Source: Minisyncoccota bacterium (GTDB lineage: Bacteria > Patescibacteriota > Minisyncoccia > Phycocordibacterales > Phycocordibacteraceae). Taken from it: DNA of 64,000 nt. Shown here piece by piece: positions 1 to 9,173 of this stretch (position 1 is its first letter; every line of letters starts with the position of its first letter). The notes under the pieces were generated by a model that ran no database searches, was not told where the DNA came from, and worked only from the letters and a program-made list of their open reading frames with translations. Both the position numbers and the translations under genes were made by a program. The DNA is taken from positions 1,721 to 65,720 of the forward strand of contig DASZTF010000010.1 of the NCBI GenBank assembly GCA_035548315.1, in the 5' to 3' direction.

Positions 1-393
1 GTTGCGGAGCTGGCGGCGGACTTCCTTGGATGCCTTCTCGCGGATGAAGTAGAGCTTCGCGCGGCGAACCTTGGAGCGACGGACGATGGTAATCGACTCA
101 ATAGCCGGAGAGTAGAGCGGGAAGATCTTCTCGACGCCGATGCCGCTCATCACCGCGCGTACAGTGAAGGTCGCGCCCGGCTCGGTGCCATGCTTCACCG
201 AGAGGACAAGGCCCTCGAACGCCTGGGTGCGGAAGGTCTGGGTGACCTTCTCCTTCTTGTCGGCGCCCTTCGATTTCTTCGCTTCCATGATCTTCTGCTC
301 CACGCGCACCGTATCGCCCGGGCGGATGCCGAGCTGTGCGCGTTCCTTTACTTTCACTGGGGAAATCACCCGAGAAATATTTTTACCTGACAT
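1..393 (-). CDS. rplS: 50S ribosomal protein L19 (C-terminal end runs off window start)
   Basis: Reverse translation from ATG at 393 gives MSGKNISRVISPVKVKERAQLGIRPGDTVRVEQKIMEAKK..., typical L19; truncated at window edge so absent from ORF track. Confidence 0.8.
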   Translation of the reverse strand, partial: MSGKNISRVISPVKVKERAQLGIRPGDTVRVEQKIMEAKKSKGADKKEKVTQTFRTQAFEGLVLSVKHGTEPGATFTVRAVMSGIGVEKIFPLYSPAIESITIVRRSKVRRAKLYFIREKASKEVRRQLRN

Positions 394-432
394 GTCGCAC
401 TACTGTACCATTCGCACCCTCAAAAAGCAAAG

Positions 433-1167
433 TCAGCCTATCTGCGCGAGTGCCGCGGCAAAATCGGCCGGGAATGGCGCCTCGAACACCTTTTTCTCTC
501 CTGACGGGAGCGTAATAGCGAGGGTGTAGGCATGGAGCGCGGGACGCGCAAAGCCGAGCACGGCCGGCCGGCCGGCCGCATAGAGCGGGTCGCAGACCAC
601 CGGATGATTCATATATTTAAAGTGCACGCGTATCTGGTGGGTGCGGCCCGTCTTGGGCACTGCCTCAAGCAGACTCACCTTCTCTCCCGTCGCCGCATCA
701 GCACCACGAGAAAGCACCTTCCACACAGTAACCGCTGCGCGGTGCTTCTTCTCTTCCCCAGCGCGGCGGATGCCCCAGCGCGGCGGTGTGGAGCGGATGC
801 GCACGATCTCGGCCTTGATCAGGCCCTTATCGCGTGCGGGATGCCCATACACAAACGCACGGTACGTCTTCTCCGTCGTGCGGTCCTGGAATTGCTGCTT
901 TAAGAATTCATACGCTTCCTGCGTCTTTGCGAGAATCACTACGCCCGAGGTCCCGCGGTCGAGCCGATGCACGATGCCCGGCCGCGCGATGACCTCACCC
1001 TGCGGCGATGTCCACGGTTCTCCCGCGGTAGCGGACTCCGGGTAGTGCTCCACCATCCACTCGGCGACCGACGGCTCCTCAGTCCGCCCATCCGAATGCA
1101 TGATCAGCCCTGCGGGTTTATTGATGACGACCAGATCGGTATCCTCATAGAGAATCGGCAACTCCAT
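433..1167 (-). CDS. RluA-family 23S rRNA/tRNA pseudouridine synthase
   Basis: 244 aa; HRLDRGTSGVVILAKT catalytic-Asp motif typical of RluA/RluD family. Confidence 0.85.
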   Translation of the reverse strand: MELPILYEDTDLVVINKPAGLIMHSDGRTEEPSVAEWMVEHYPESATAGEPWTSPQGEVIARPGIVHRLDRGTSGVVILAKTQEAYEFLKQQFQDRTTEKTYRAFVYGHPARDKGLIKAEIVRIRSTPPRWGIRRAGEEKKHRAAVTVWKVLSRGADAATGEKVSLLEAVPKTGRTHQIRVHFKYMNHPVVCDPLYAAGRPAVLGFARPALHAYTLAITLPSGEKKVFEAPFPADFAAALAQIG

Positions 1168-1258
1168 AGATTCACCATACTAGAGCGTTGACATAATTGC
1201 CATTTTTCGGCAGTATCCGGGCAGCCTAGTAATGGGCGGAAAACAACAGGAGTGCGTC

Positions 1259-1693
1259 ATGACGTTGAGATCAACAGCCGTCCTCGCCAGGTCAGACACC
1301 GGCACGAGCGGCGAGCGGTCAACACCAGCGACGAGTCCGCTGGCGGCCGTGAAAGCATCGCTCGCGGAATACATGCTCATCATGGGCCGCGTACAGGCGC
1401 TTACCAAAGCGATCAAGGAAGCGACCGACCGTACACCGACACAGTGCCTCATCCTGGTCGCACTGCTCGAGAAAGACGGCGTGAACCAGACCAACCTGGG
1501 CAAAAGAACGGGCATTCAACGCTCGTGTCTCGCCGAATGCGTCACTCGCATGGTCAGAAAGGAGCTGCTGCTGCGGAGCGACGTCGAAGGCGACAGCCGC
1601 CCGTGGAGTGTCACCCTCACCAACAGGGGTCGGGCCGTGGCGAGGAAACTCGTCATCGAGCTCGGCCACCTTCTGCCGCAAGAAGCAGAATGA
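1259..1693 (+). CDS. MarR-family winged-helix transcriptional regulator
   Basis: MarR-like HTH region (QTNLGKRTGIQRSCLAECVTRMVRKELL...WSVTLTNRGR); start moved to ATG at 1259 preceded by AGGAG. Confidence 0.55.
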   Translation: MTLRSTAVLARSDTGTSGERSTPATSPLAAVKASLAEYMLIMGRVQALTKAIKEATDRTPTQCLILVALLEKDGVNQTNLGKRTGIQRSCLAECVTRMVRKELLLRSDVEGDSRPWSVTLTNRGRAVARKLVIELGHLLPQEAE

Positions 1694-1738
1694 GGTCTCG
1701 GGTCGCCGAGGGAGTTCCCTTCGGCGACCCGGTCCGCA
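1694..1738 (+). terminator. GC-rich hairpin (ggtcgccgaggg ... cccttcggcgacc) after the MarR-like gene
   Basis: near-perfect 12-bp inverted repeat directly after stop codon. Confidence 0.55.
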
Positions 1739-2029
1739 CTATGCACCAAACCGCTCGGCTCTGCCGGCGGTTCGTTTTTTAATAGCGTGTGGGAAAAGAG
1801 AAAAGCCTACTAACCATGACGGTGTTCGGCCTTCCAGGGTGACCCCGCACTAGCATGAGAACCGTCAAGAGTTGGTGCACCCTCAGCGACACCGCTCGAA
1901 CTTTTCGATTTGGTGGCTGGGCATATAGACACAATACAGCTATGGAATGAGGCGGTCAAAGAGTTTTTAGCCCAAGAGTCCTTGGGAAATACGCTGTCGG
2001 TTCGCCTCTGAAATTGGTAAAATACGACC

Positions 2030-2311
2030 ATGGAAAAGAAGGACGCCCTCACGGATTTGGTGGAGTTTGTCCAAGGGACAGTCTCGACAGGGTCCGCCGG
2101 GTCCGGCCAAGTAGTGAATTCCCAAGGCGAAATCATCACCTTGGGCCATCCCGGCAAGGAAAGTGTATCTCCTCGGAGTAAGAGTGTTCCTCTCGAACTG
2201 GATGTTAGGGAATTTCAAGAGAAAGTCTCGACTCGAGTGCAAAAGAAACTCCTTTCGCTAATCGGAACCGCAAAAACCCGCGTTATAGGCGCGAGAATCA
2301 AAGAATCGTAA
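2030..2311 (+). CDS. hypothetical protein (island)
   Basis: 93-aa ORF, low-GC island, ATG start, abuts next ORF. Confidence 0.35.
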   Translation: MEKKDALTDLVEFVQGTVSTGSAGSGQVVNSQGEIITLGHPGKESVSPRSKSVPLELDVREFQEKVSTRVQKKLLSLIGTAKTRVIGARIKES

Positions 2312-2724
2312 TGCACCTCGACCATCTACCGAAAATGCACAAGCCGGAGGAATTCAAGCGGTTTGGCGCGTTCATGGCACTACCGAAGGAGGAACGGATG
2401 CTCGTCTTTGGCTTTACAACCGAAAAGCAGTTCGCGGAGCATTTCAAGGTCAGACCGGCAACCCTATCGGAATGGAAGCAACGAGAGGACTTTTGGAGCG
2501 TCAGGGACGCCTATTTGGCCCCGTTTAGGGCACATACGGCCCAAGTGATAGAAGCCCTTGCGAAACGGGCAGAGCGCACTGGAGACGCTTATCAGGTACT
2601 CACCTTTCTCAAGGTCGTAGAGGGATTTTCAGACAAGGGAAATGCCTTTTCTCTGAAGCAGAGGAAGCCGCCCTTCCGGGTTGAAATCGTGCACAATTTA
2701 GACCAAGCGTGCGCCGCTACTTGA
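2311..2724 (+). CDS. hypothetical protein, possible HTH (island)
   Basis: 137-aa ORF; segment ...VRPATLSEWKQRED... resembles phage small HTH proteins; weak. Confidence 0.35.
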   Translation: MHLDHLPKMHKPEEFKRFGAFMALPKEERMLVFGFTTEKQFAEHFKVRPATLSEWKQREDFWSVRDAYLAPFRAHTAQVIEALAKRAERTGDAYQVLTFLKVVEGFSDKGNAFSLKQRKPPFRVEIVHNLDQACAAT

Positions 2725-4531
2725 AGTCGGCGACATCTCCGTATACCTCGAGGAAAAGAGGTGAGCCGGTGAAAGAGAGTGGGGAAATCGGTCCGAAGAA
2801 CATGAACGGGAATTTCCGATTACTGCTCGGGTCGATGAACGACTTGTAGAGCTGAATCGCTGATGGATTATTCACGAACTCGCTGACCTTTCGGAGCTCG
2901 GAACCAGAGGTTAGGCCGTAGCCGAAGCCGAAAATTCTCATCTGCCGCAAAATCTCATCATCCAAGGACTCGATGGTCTGTGTGATGAACATATAGCCAA
3001 TTCCATATTTTCGAGTCGTGCGTACTGAGCCGATGATTTCTTGGGTGAGCTCCTTGATGCGGGGGTCCTGCGAAGTTGTGGAGATGAATCGATGGGCTTC
3101 GTCCATGACGATAAGGCAGTTTGCCTTCTTTCCATCCGCATAGAGTTGAGCCCCGAGCTCGACGATTTTTGCCTCAATCGTTTTGATAAAGACTGCTTGG
3201 AGGTTTTCGTTTTGAATCTCGCCGACTTGAGTGCCACTGATGTCGAGCACGATAAAATTCCCGTTCTCCAACACAACTTTTTTGACGAGTTCTTCAACAG
3301 TGAGTTTGTTTGTCTGGTCCTCTCGATTCTTGGTAAAAAGCTCGAGCGCGTTTCCCCATTTGCGCGTGATATTGGTTTCAGAGGCCAAGTGGTCCCGAAC
3401 ATGCTCCAACCTGTTCTGGAGACGCGTGCGCGTTTGTGGAGTTCCAAATATCGATATTACATAGGAGGTGAATCCGTCGGCCGTCTCCCGAGGTCCGGTC
3501 GGGGTAATAAACCGATTCAGCAATTCTTGAAGAAGTGCGGTCTTATTGGTAATTGAATTGAGGTTGAACCCGGGGACATTGGCACGCCCGCGAAGATACT
3601 CGACAACCGCGTCTCGCGCGGCCTCGACCTTGTCCGGGGTGTAGAGAGGACGGAAGGCCAGCTCGAGGAAGCCGTTATTTGCGAGCAAGTCGCCCAACAG
3701 CTCAAAGTTATCGCCCGGAAGACAGATGTCTTTCAGTACCTCGTACTTTTCGTACTTCATCCCGGCTTTTGTGATGTGGTCCTCCAATTTCTGGTCCGGT
3801 GGTAGCAAGTCCTTATCGGCGAAAAATTGCCGTTGCGGGTCAAGTACCAAGATGCTCATATTGTTCTTGTTCTTTGCATAGCCGAGAAGCATATAGGCCG
3901 CGGAAACGGTCTTGCCGGACCCGGTCCTGCCGAAGACGCCGATGTGGTACGCATCGCCAGCGCCCGTTTCGTTGTTCTCCTCGTCTGTCTTATCGAAATG
4001 TTTGAACCAAAACGGCAAGTCGACATCTGTGCCATAAACTTTACCCATGTAGGTAATGTCGCCGTCATGTTTCTTCATCAAGGCGGTCATGACCTCGTTA
4101 TTCATTTTTTGCACGCGCTCGCCGGTGGATGGTGAGGTTCCCAAGATGTGCCCCTCGGGATTCTCGGTGCCCAAGTTGTAGCAGGCTTGGACGCTTATCG
4201 TGGCAACGCGGTTGTCGGCCGTGCCGCTCAAGTGTGGAAGGCGACCATGGCGCTTGATGACGCCCTTGAATGAAGGGTCCTCATGCCATCGATTTTGTGT
4301 CTCTATACCGATGATTTGCCCGATGACGAGGATGTTCTGCCCGTCCTCGTTCACGACCACATAGACCATCTGACCCAAAGCCCGCTCGGCTTTGCTTTTC
4401 TCGGAAATGTCGATGACTATGTCGAGCGTCGTGCTCGGCGAGCCGGTGATGCCGATGAGCGTATCATCCTGATTCTTTATGACTTCGAGAAGGCTCTCGG
4501 AGATGGTCGGGTTTTGCGGGTCGTTTGCCAT
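2717..4531 (-). CDS. HerA-like ATPase (FtsK-HerA superfamily, DUF87-type)
   Basis: 604 aa; Walker A GVFGRTGSGKTVS at ~aa 200 and Walker B LIVMDEAHRF (hhhhDEAH) at ~aa 470, the HerA spacing and motif style; low-GC island. Confidence 0.7.
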   Translation of the reverse strand: MANDPQNPTISESLLEVIKNQDDTLIGITGSPSTTLDIVIDISEKSKAERALGQMVYVVVNEDGQNILVIGQIIGIETQNRWHEDPSFKGVIKRHGRLPHLSGTADNRVATISVQACYNLGTENPEGHILGTSPSTGERVQKMNNEVMTALMKKHDGDITYMGKVYGTDVDLPFWFKHFDKTDEENNETGAGDAYHIGVFGRTGSGKTVSAAYMLLGYAKNKNNMSILVLDPQRQFFADKDLLPPDQKLEDHITKAGMKYEKYEVLKDICLPGDNFELLGDLLANNGFLELAFRPLYTPDKVEAARDAVVEYLRGRANVPGFNLNSITNKTALLQELLNRFITPTGPRETADGFTSYVISIFGTPQTRTRLQNRLEHVRDHLASETNITRKWGNALELFTKNREDQTNKLTVEELVKKVVLENGNFIVLDISGTQVGEIQNENLQAVFIKTIEAKIVELGAQLYADGKKANCLIVMDEAHRFISTTSQDPRIKELTQEIIGSVRTTRKYGIGYMFITQTIESLDDEILRQMRIFGFGYGLTSGSELRKVSEFVNNPSAIQLYKSFIDPSSNRKFPFMFFGPISPLSFTGSPLFLEVYGDVADFK

Positions 4532-4533
4532 GG

Positions 4534-5721
4534 TTAGGTTCGATAAGAGAATAATAGACCAAACTTCCCTTGGTCAATTTTTAGGTCGGGCGAGAGGCGG
4601 ATGGCGTCGATGATGGCGAACATGCCAGTCGAGATGCTTTTCGCCATAAGGTCCACGAGGTACTGCGGGTATGGCTCCCGTATCTCCGGGAAGATGATTT
4701 GCTTCTTCAAGCTCCCGAGATAGCGCTCGAGCTTCGCGGAGTCCGTCGCCACCGCCTTTTTCAACTCGACGCGATAAGCTGGCCCGTCCATATATGGCCG
4801 GTAATAAGTGTAGTAAAGCTCCGACTCCTTTCCTCCTTTCGTCGTTATGGGCGCGATGGCATTCTTGAGTGCCGTGTTGAGAGCGTCCTTTTCGGGGATA
4901 TCCAAACTGCAAGCGATGTGAAGTTCGTTCCATATTTTCTCCCGCTCCTGCTTACTCTGCCCGACCGAGTGCGGAACGAGATACTCGTCTTCCGCCAAGC
5001 CGAGCGAGAAAAAGGTCTTATCATCGAGCTTTATTTCGCAGTCAGAAAGGAAGGCGTCGATGATGTCGGTAGAGGAACTGTATTTCGCGAGGGCGATAAT
5101 ATGTTCGTTGTTCTGCGCCGCGGTGATGATGTCCGGGATATCAGGAATGATTTTCGAGTATGTCTCCCGCAAGAAGTCGCGGAGGGCGGCCGCGTATTCA
5201 GGACCCGCACCTTCTTCCTTAGCGGACAACATGCTGTTTATCTTGAGTATCGGAGTGAAATGCGTCCCGTCCATTATGCGAATTTCGTGGTCGTCGTTCG
5301 CCAAGACGCTGAGCTCCATTAGGAACATGACCCCCTGTATGAGCCGCGCGTTCGCTTCGCCATGAGGTAGAACAGTCTGCCATTGATAGTACTGATTCTT
5401 GTCGGCGCCCCACGCCGTATCCTTGTCTTCAGACAGACCTTCAACGCCCACGGCGACGGCAAGGAGGACATCGGCGCCCGCTAGCTTCTCCGGGATATTG
5501 CCGCCATCGACAGCAATCAATGAATGAGAAGGTTCTACATCGGAAAGCTTCTTGATTTTCCCGGCGGCACGCAATTTCTCCATGCCTTTCGCTATCGGTT
5601 CGTCCTGTATATCAAACAGGCCATTCATTTTGTCGACCGTGTTCGGCACGCTCTCAAGAATCTTGCCCAAGAGTTCATCGGGCAAATGGGCGTAATTCCG
5701 GCTTTCTCCCTGCGGTGGCAT
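4534..5721 (-). CDS. NurA-like nuclease (putative partner of HerA)
   Basis: 395 aa; N-terminal SLIAVDGGN motif resembles NurA motif I (catalytic Asp in hhhhDGS); 2-nt gap to the HerA-like gene; tentative. Confidence 0.4.
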   Translation of the reverse strand: MPPQGESRNYAHLPDELLGKILESVPNTVDKMNGLFDIQDEPIAKGMEKLRAAGKIKKLSDVEPSHSLIAVDGGNIPEKLAGADVLLAVAVGVEGLSEDKDTAWGADKNQYYQWQTVLPHGEANARLIQGVMFLMELSVLANDDHEIRIMDGTHFTPILKINSMLSAKEEGAGPEYAAALRDFLRETYSKIIPDIPDIITAAQNNEHIIALAKYSSSTDIIDAFLSDCEIKLDDKTFFSLGLAEDEYLVPHSVGQSKQEREKIWNELHIACSLDIPEKDALNTALKNAIAPITTKGGKESELYYTYYRPYMDGPAYRVELKKAVATDSAKLERYLGSLKKQIIFPEIREPYPQYLVDLMAKSISTGMFAIIDAIRLSPDLKIDQGKFGLLFSYRT

Positions 5722-5724
5722 AGG

Positions 5725-6882
5725 CTAAATGTTTTTTGCTAGTTCCTCACATCGCTCGAGGTCAGAGATGGCATTCTCGACTAAACGGGTCGTGTCGATG
5801 GTCCGGTATGTCGAGTCTTTCTCTGCGCGCGGTTTCGCCCATTTCTCCTTCCAAAACTCTGCTAGCTCGTCGACAGAACGCCGATGCCATTTAGGTCGCG
5901 CATTCTTCTGAATGACATCCTTTACATTGCTCGCAAGCGGAAACAAGTAGACCGCCCGTTCGATGCCGTGGCTTGTTCCGTTAGGGAATCCGAGAAGGTC
6001 GAGAGCTTGAAGTATCAAACGCATCTTGCGCGAAGGCCCATTCCCGAAGCCGCGGCCTACCTCGTATCCTTTTTGCTCCAAGAAAGCGACCAAGTCCTCA
6101 TAAAGCGCATTTGGAATATGGAAAGACCCGGTCCCCCGCGTATAGCCGATGAATCGGGCGACCTCTTGCTCGTTGAACTTCAATCGGGAATACACGGGGC
6201 TCTTGCCGTATGCGCCGGTCGTAGTGAGGAACAGGAGACGGGCCGGGAGCTCCCGATTTTTGAGGAGTGTCTTCTTGCCGCGGTATTTGTCGGCAAACTT
6301 CTTTCTCACAACCTCCGAAGTCATGAGAGAAGCAACGAGCTTCCCGCCCAAAATGTAGTTGTAGGGCGGTAGGGCGCCGAGTCGTTGAGCGCTAAGCGAT
6401 TGATTGACCCAAAAATCCCTTTCCTCTGCGGGAATGCCCAAATGCTCATCGCGGACGCTCCAACTAAGGATGGGGCTTTGCAAGCCGATAAGACCGATGG
6501 GGCTCTTGTGGTACTCGTCCCAAACGACGAACCGCATTTGCCGGCCGTAAGATTGTTCATACGGCAGGCTCCACCAAGTCAGGTTCCACCAACGGAAAAT
6601 TGTCTCCCACTTCGTCCCGGTCTGAACCTCTATAAGGCGCGGCTTGATTTTCTCAACCTCCAATTTCCTGCCGTTTATGAAATGTTCCTTGATAAGCGGA
6701 GCGTTCCTTTCAACAAAATCCCGATGGCGAACGAGTCGTTCGGCCTTTGCGAAACGATGCGCGTCTTTCTTTGCCTCCCGGTCGTCTTGCTTGAGCGTGA
6801 ATGTGCCGAGCCGGGTGCTGTATCCCTGCTTACGCAAGATGCTCAATACATCACGCTTCAGTCTTGTCGCAGTCAGGGCCAT
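5725..6882 (-). CDS. hypothetical protein, first gene of the X-NurA-HerA operon
   Basis: 385-aa ORF ending 4 nt before the NurA-like gene; Trp-rich segment KWETIFRWWNLTWWSLPY; no family recognised with confidence. Confidence 0.5.
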   Translation of the reverse strand: MALTATRLKRDVLSILRKQGYSTRLGTFTLKQDDREAKKDAHRFAKAERLVRHRDFVERNAPLIKEHFINGRKLEVEKIKPRLIEVQTGTKWETIFRWWNLTWWSLPYEQSYGRQMRFVVWDEYHKSPIGLIGLQSPILSWSVRDEHLGIPAEERDFWVNQSLSAQRLGALPPYNYILGGKLVASLMTSEVVRKKFADKYRGKKTLLKNRELPARLLFLTTTGAYGKSPVYSRLKFNEQEVARFIGYTRGTGSFHIPNALYEDLVAFLEQKGYEVGRGFGNGPSRKMRLILQALDLLGFPNGTSHGIERAVYLFPLASNVKDVIQKNARPKWHRRSVDELAEFWKEKWAKPRAEKDSTYRTIDTTRLVENAISDLERCEELAKNI

Positions 6883-6919
6883 GTGTCCAAATTATAGCGC
6901 GGGAGGTGCCCCGTGCCTT

Positions 6920-7141
6920 TTACCTAAGAAAGTAGTCGACACTCTTTCCATACATCTTCGCAAACCGCTTGAGCTCGACGACATCGACCCTCTGCTGACC
7001 TGTTTCGACATTCGAGATGTGCGATTGGGGCCTGTCGAGCTTCTTTGCGGCCTGAGTCTGCGTCAAGCCCGCTTCAAGGCGCGCCGTCTTGAGTCGTCCC
7101 ACAAAGACGGCGTACTCCTTCGTGTGGATTGACTTCTTCAT
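6920..7141 (-). CDS. XRE-family (Cro/CI-type) HTH transcriptional regulator
   Basis: 73 aa; LTQTQAAKKLDRPQSHISNVETGQQRVDVVELKRFAKMYG is a canonical XRE HTH. Confidence 0.8.
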   Translation of the reverse strand: MKKSIHTKEYAVFVGRLKTARLEAGLTQTQAAKKLDRPQSHISNVETGQQRVDVVELKRFAKMYGKSVDYFLR

Positions 7142-7167
7142 AGGATAAATGCTCTATCCAAGAAGTC

Positions 7168-7190
7168 AATATCCAAAATCTGGATATTGT
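7168..7190. promoter_or_regulatory. perfect palindrome caATATCCAaaatcTGGATATtg in divergent promoter region (candidate operator)
   Basis: 9-bp arms, 5-bp spacer, between divergently transcribed XRE gene and the zinc-ribbon/recombinase genes. Confidence 0.5.
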
Positions 7191-7204
7191 GATACGCTAA
7201 CTAT

Positions 7205-7489
7205 ATGGCTACGAAACAAATCCAATGCCCGAACTGCAAGGGCTTCAATACCACGAGTATTTCGCCTCGCGCCGTCGCACGGATGATTTCGGTCGGACTT
7301 ATCATTCTCGGCTCGGTTTTTTCAGTTTTCATCATCGGCCTCCTTATCGGGATACCGATGTTTCTCCTCGGGCTTGTCCTCCTCCTCGTTTCTTTCTTCC
7401 TGCCCGAAAATGGCCGGATGCGGTGCCGCCAATGCCACTTCGTCTTTATGGCCAATTCTCAGGGTGAGGCGGGTCAGAAGGTCCCCTAG
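7205..7489 (+). CDS. small membrane protein with zinc ribbon (CPNC...CRQC) and two TM helices
   Basis: 94 aa; CxxC pairs flank two hydrophobic helices. Confidence 0.45.
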   Translation: MATKQIQCPNCKGFNTTSISPRAVARMISVGLIILGSVFSVFIIGLLIGIPMFLLGLVLLLVSFFLPENGRMRCRQCHFVFMANSQGEAGQKVP

Positions 7490-7538
7490 AGTCCGTAGCA
7501 AAGCGTAATAAAATGGGGATACCGGGCCCGGTATTTCA

Positions 7539-9173
7539 ATGGCAGACCTCACCACCACAAAGGAGCTTTTCGATACCCTAAAGCGCTTCTACGACCCCAC
7601 GGACGCAGACAAGGCAAACAAGCCATTGCGGTATGTCATCTATGCTCGAAAGAGCACGGATGACAGCGATAAGCAGACTCGCTCCCTTGGCGACCAGATG
7701 AGCGAGTGCTTGGAGTTTGCCGACCGGCACAACCTCTTGCTTGGTCGTCCCGCGCAGATTCAGGAAGCTATTAGTGCGAAGGTGAGCGACAAACGACCCG
7801 GGTTCCGAAGAATGATTGAGGATATCAAGAAGGGTCAGTACGACGGGATTATTGCATGGCACCCCGACCGGCTCGCTCGCAATATGAAGGATGCCGGAGA
7901 AATCATCGACCTCCTCGATAAGGGAACGATTAGGGACCTGCAGTTCGTTAGCTTCAATTTCGATAACACGCCCTCCGGGAAAATGAGTCTCGGGATTCAA
8001 TTCGTGATGTCCAAGCAATATAGCGACCAACTTTCCGTGAATGTATCGCGCGGCATCAGTCATTCGATTGAAGATGCGGAGTATATCAATCGCCCCAAGC
8101 ATGGGTACTTCAAGGATGACCGCCAATATCTCCGCCCGGACGGCCGGAATCATGGCCTCATAAAGAGCGCTTTTCAGCTCCGCCGACAAGGACGCACATT
8201 CAAGCAAATTGCTGATTGGTTGAACTCTCAACACTACGAACGCGCTTATGTAGACGGCTCGCATAAGTCCTTCAATTGGCGTCCGCAAATGGTCCAAAGG
8301 ATATTGCGGGACCCGGCATACGCGGGTGTCGTCGCGTATGGCGAGGGCCATCTTGTTGACCTGACAGAGGCTTACGACTTCGTTCCGGCCGTATCGGTGG
8401 CAGAGTTTTTCGAGTTGAATAATCTCCGTGGCGGAAACAAAGAACTCGCCAAGCTTGCACGCTCGTACCGCAAGGGAGACTCCATAAAAGCCGACCTCAT
8501 GCGCGGCATGGTGTATTGCTCTGAATGCGGCGAGCCCCGTTCTGCCGGCATTACCCGCAAGAAAGAAAAGGGTGGGACCACAAATTATTTTTATTATCGA
8601 TGCGAGACTCCCGGTTGCAAGCTCCGAAATCGGTCTACTCGAGCAAAGGTAGTGGTAGATTTCGTGAAAGCATTTCTTAGCAAGAAGCCTTTTTCTTCCA
8701 AGAAGGCATACGAACATTACGCGGCTGAGATGAAGCGTATAGAAGCGATGCGTGCGGAGGACAGGCGTGCATTACTAAGGACCCTTCAAGGAAAGGAAAA
8801 ATCACTTGCCTCTAAGCGAGAGCGCATCAAAGAATTCATTATCGACGAACAGAACCATGAATTCAGGGACGGCTTCAAGGGCGACCTTCTCAAGGCAGAG
8901 AAGGAGCATGAGGAAGTGCAAGCCGAAATCAAAAAGCTAAAGACGGCAATCGAGGCCGAAAAGAGCGCTATCCTCCTGATGCCGGAATTTCTCGAACAAA
9001 TGGATAAAATCGCCCAGATTATAGCTTCCCCGAAGAACATGCAGGAGCTCGACTTCTGCATCAAAAAGATGTTCTCGAACTTTTCGGTAGACCAAAAAAG
9101 CGTAGTATCTGCAACGCTCTCCGAGCCGTTCGCCCGACTCAAGGACCCGAAAGTTGCTTTAGGTGCGCGGTGA
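7539..9173 (+). CDS. large serine recombinase (integrase)
   Basis: 544 aa; resolvase N-terminal motif YVIYARKSTDDSDKQTRSLGDQ (Ser nucleophile), recombinase domain, zinc ribbon CSECGEP...YYRCETPGC, C-terminal coiled coil. Confidence 0.85.
   Translation: MADLTTTKELFDTLKRFYDPTDADKANKPLRYVIYARKSTDDSDKQTRSLGDQMSECLEFADRHNLLLGRPAQIQEAISAKVSDKRPGFRRMIEDIKKGQYDGIIAWHPDRLARNMKDAGEIIDLLDKGTIRDLQFVSFNFDNTPSGKMSLGIQFVMSKQYSDQLSVNVSRGISHSIEDAEYINRPKHGYFKDDRQYLRPDGRNHGLIKSAFQLRRQGRTFKQIADWLNSQHYERAYVDGSHKSFNWRPQMVQRILRDPAYAGVVAYGEGHLVDLTEAYDFVPAVSVAEFFELNNLRGGNKELAKLARSYRKGDSIKADLMRGMVYCSECGEPRSAGITRKKEKGGTTNYFYYRCETPGCKLRNRSTRAKVVVDFVKAFLSKKPFSSKKAYEHYAAEMKRIEAMRAEDRRALLRTLQGKEKSLASKRERIKEFIIDEQNHEFRDGFKGDLLKAEKEHEEVQAEIKKLKTAIEAEKSAILLMPEFLEQMDKIAQIIASPKNMQELDFCIKKMFSNFSVDQKSVVSATLSEPFARLKDPKVALGAR

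Larger units (their letters stand above)
1790..9173. mobile_element. Integrated genomic island / integrative element (low GC, serine-recombinase end abutting tRNA-Val)
   Basis: GC drops from ~62% to ~50% at ~1.79 kb and returns after 9.2 kb; ends in a large serine recombinase gene overlapping the tRNA-Val 3' end; left boundary approximate. Confidence 0.6.

Noticed and set aside
1800-2030. Direct repeat of the tRNA-Val 3' end as the left attachment site of the island
   Set aside because: Only a weak (~60%) resemblance was found (ggtgcaccctcagcgac...cgaac near 1875-1905) to ggtgcgcggtgagggacttgaac. This is not convincing by eye, so the left boundary is reported from composition only.
5725-6882. 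Assigning the 385-aa island protein to DUF4338 (Druantia DruA-like)
   Set aside because: The assignment rests only on a vague recollection of Trp-rich motifs. It cannot be supported without an HMM search, so the protein is left as unknown.
7578-8717. 379-aa minus-strand ORF inside the serine recombinase gene
   Set aside because: It is antisense to a gene with clear resolvase/recombinase motifs and has no features of its own.
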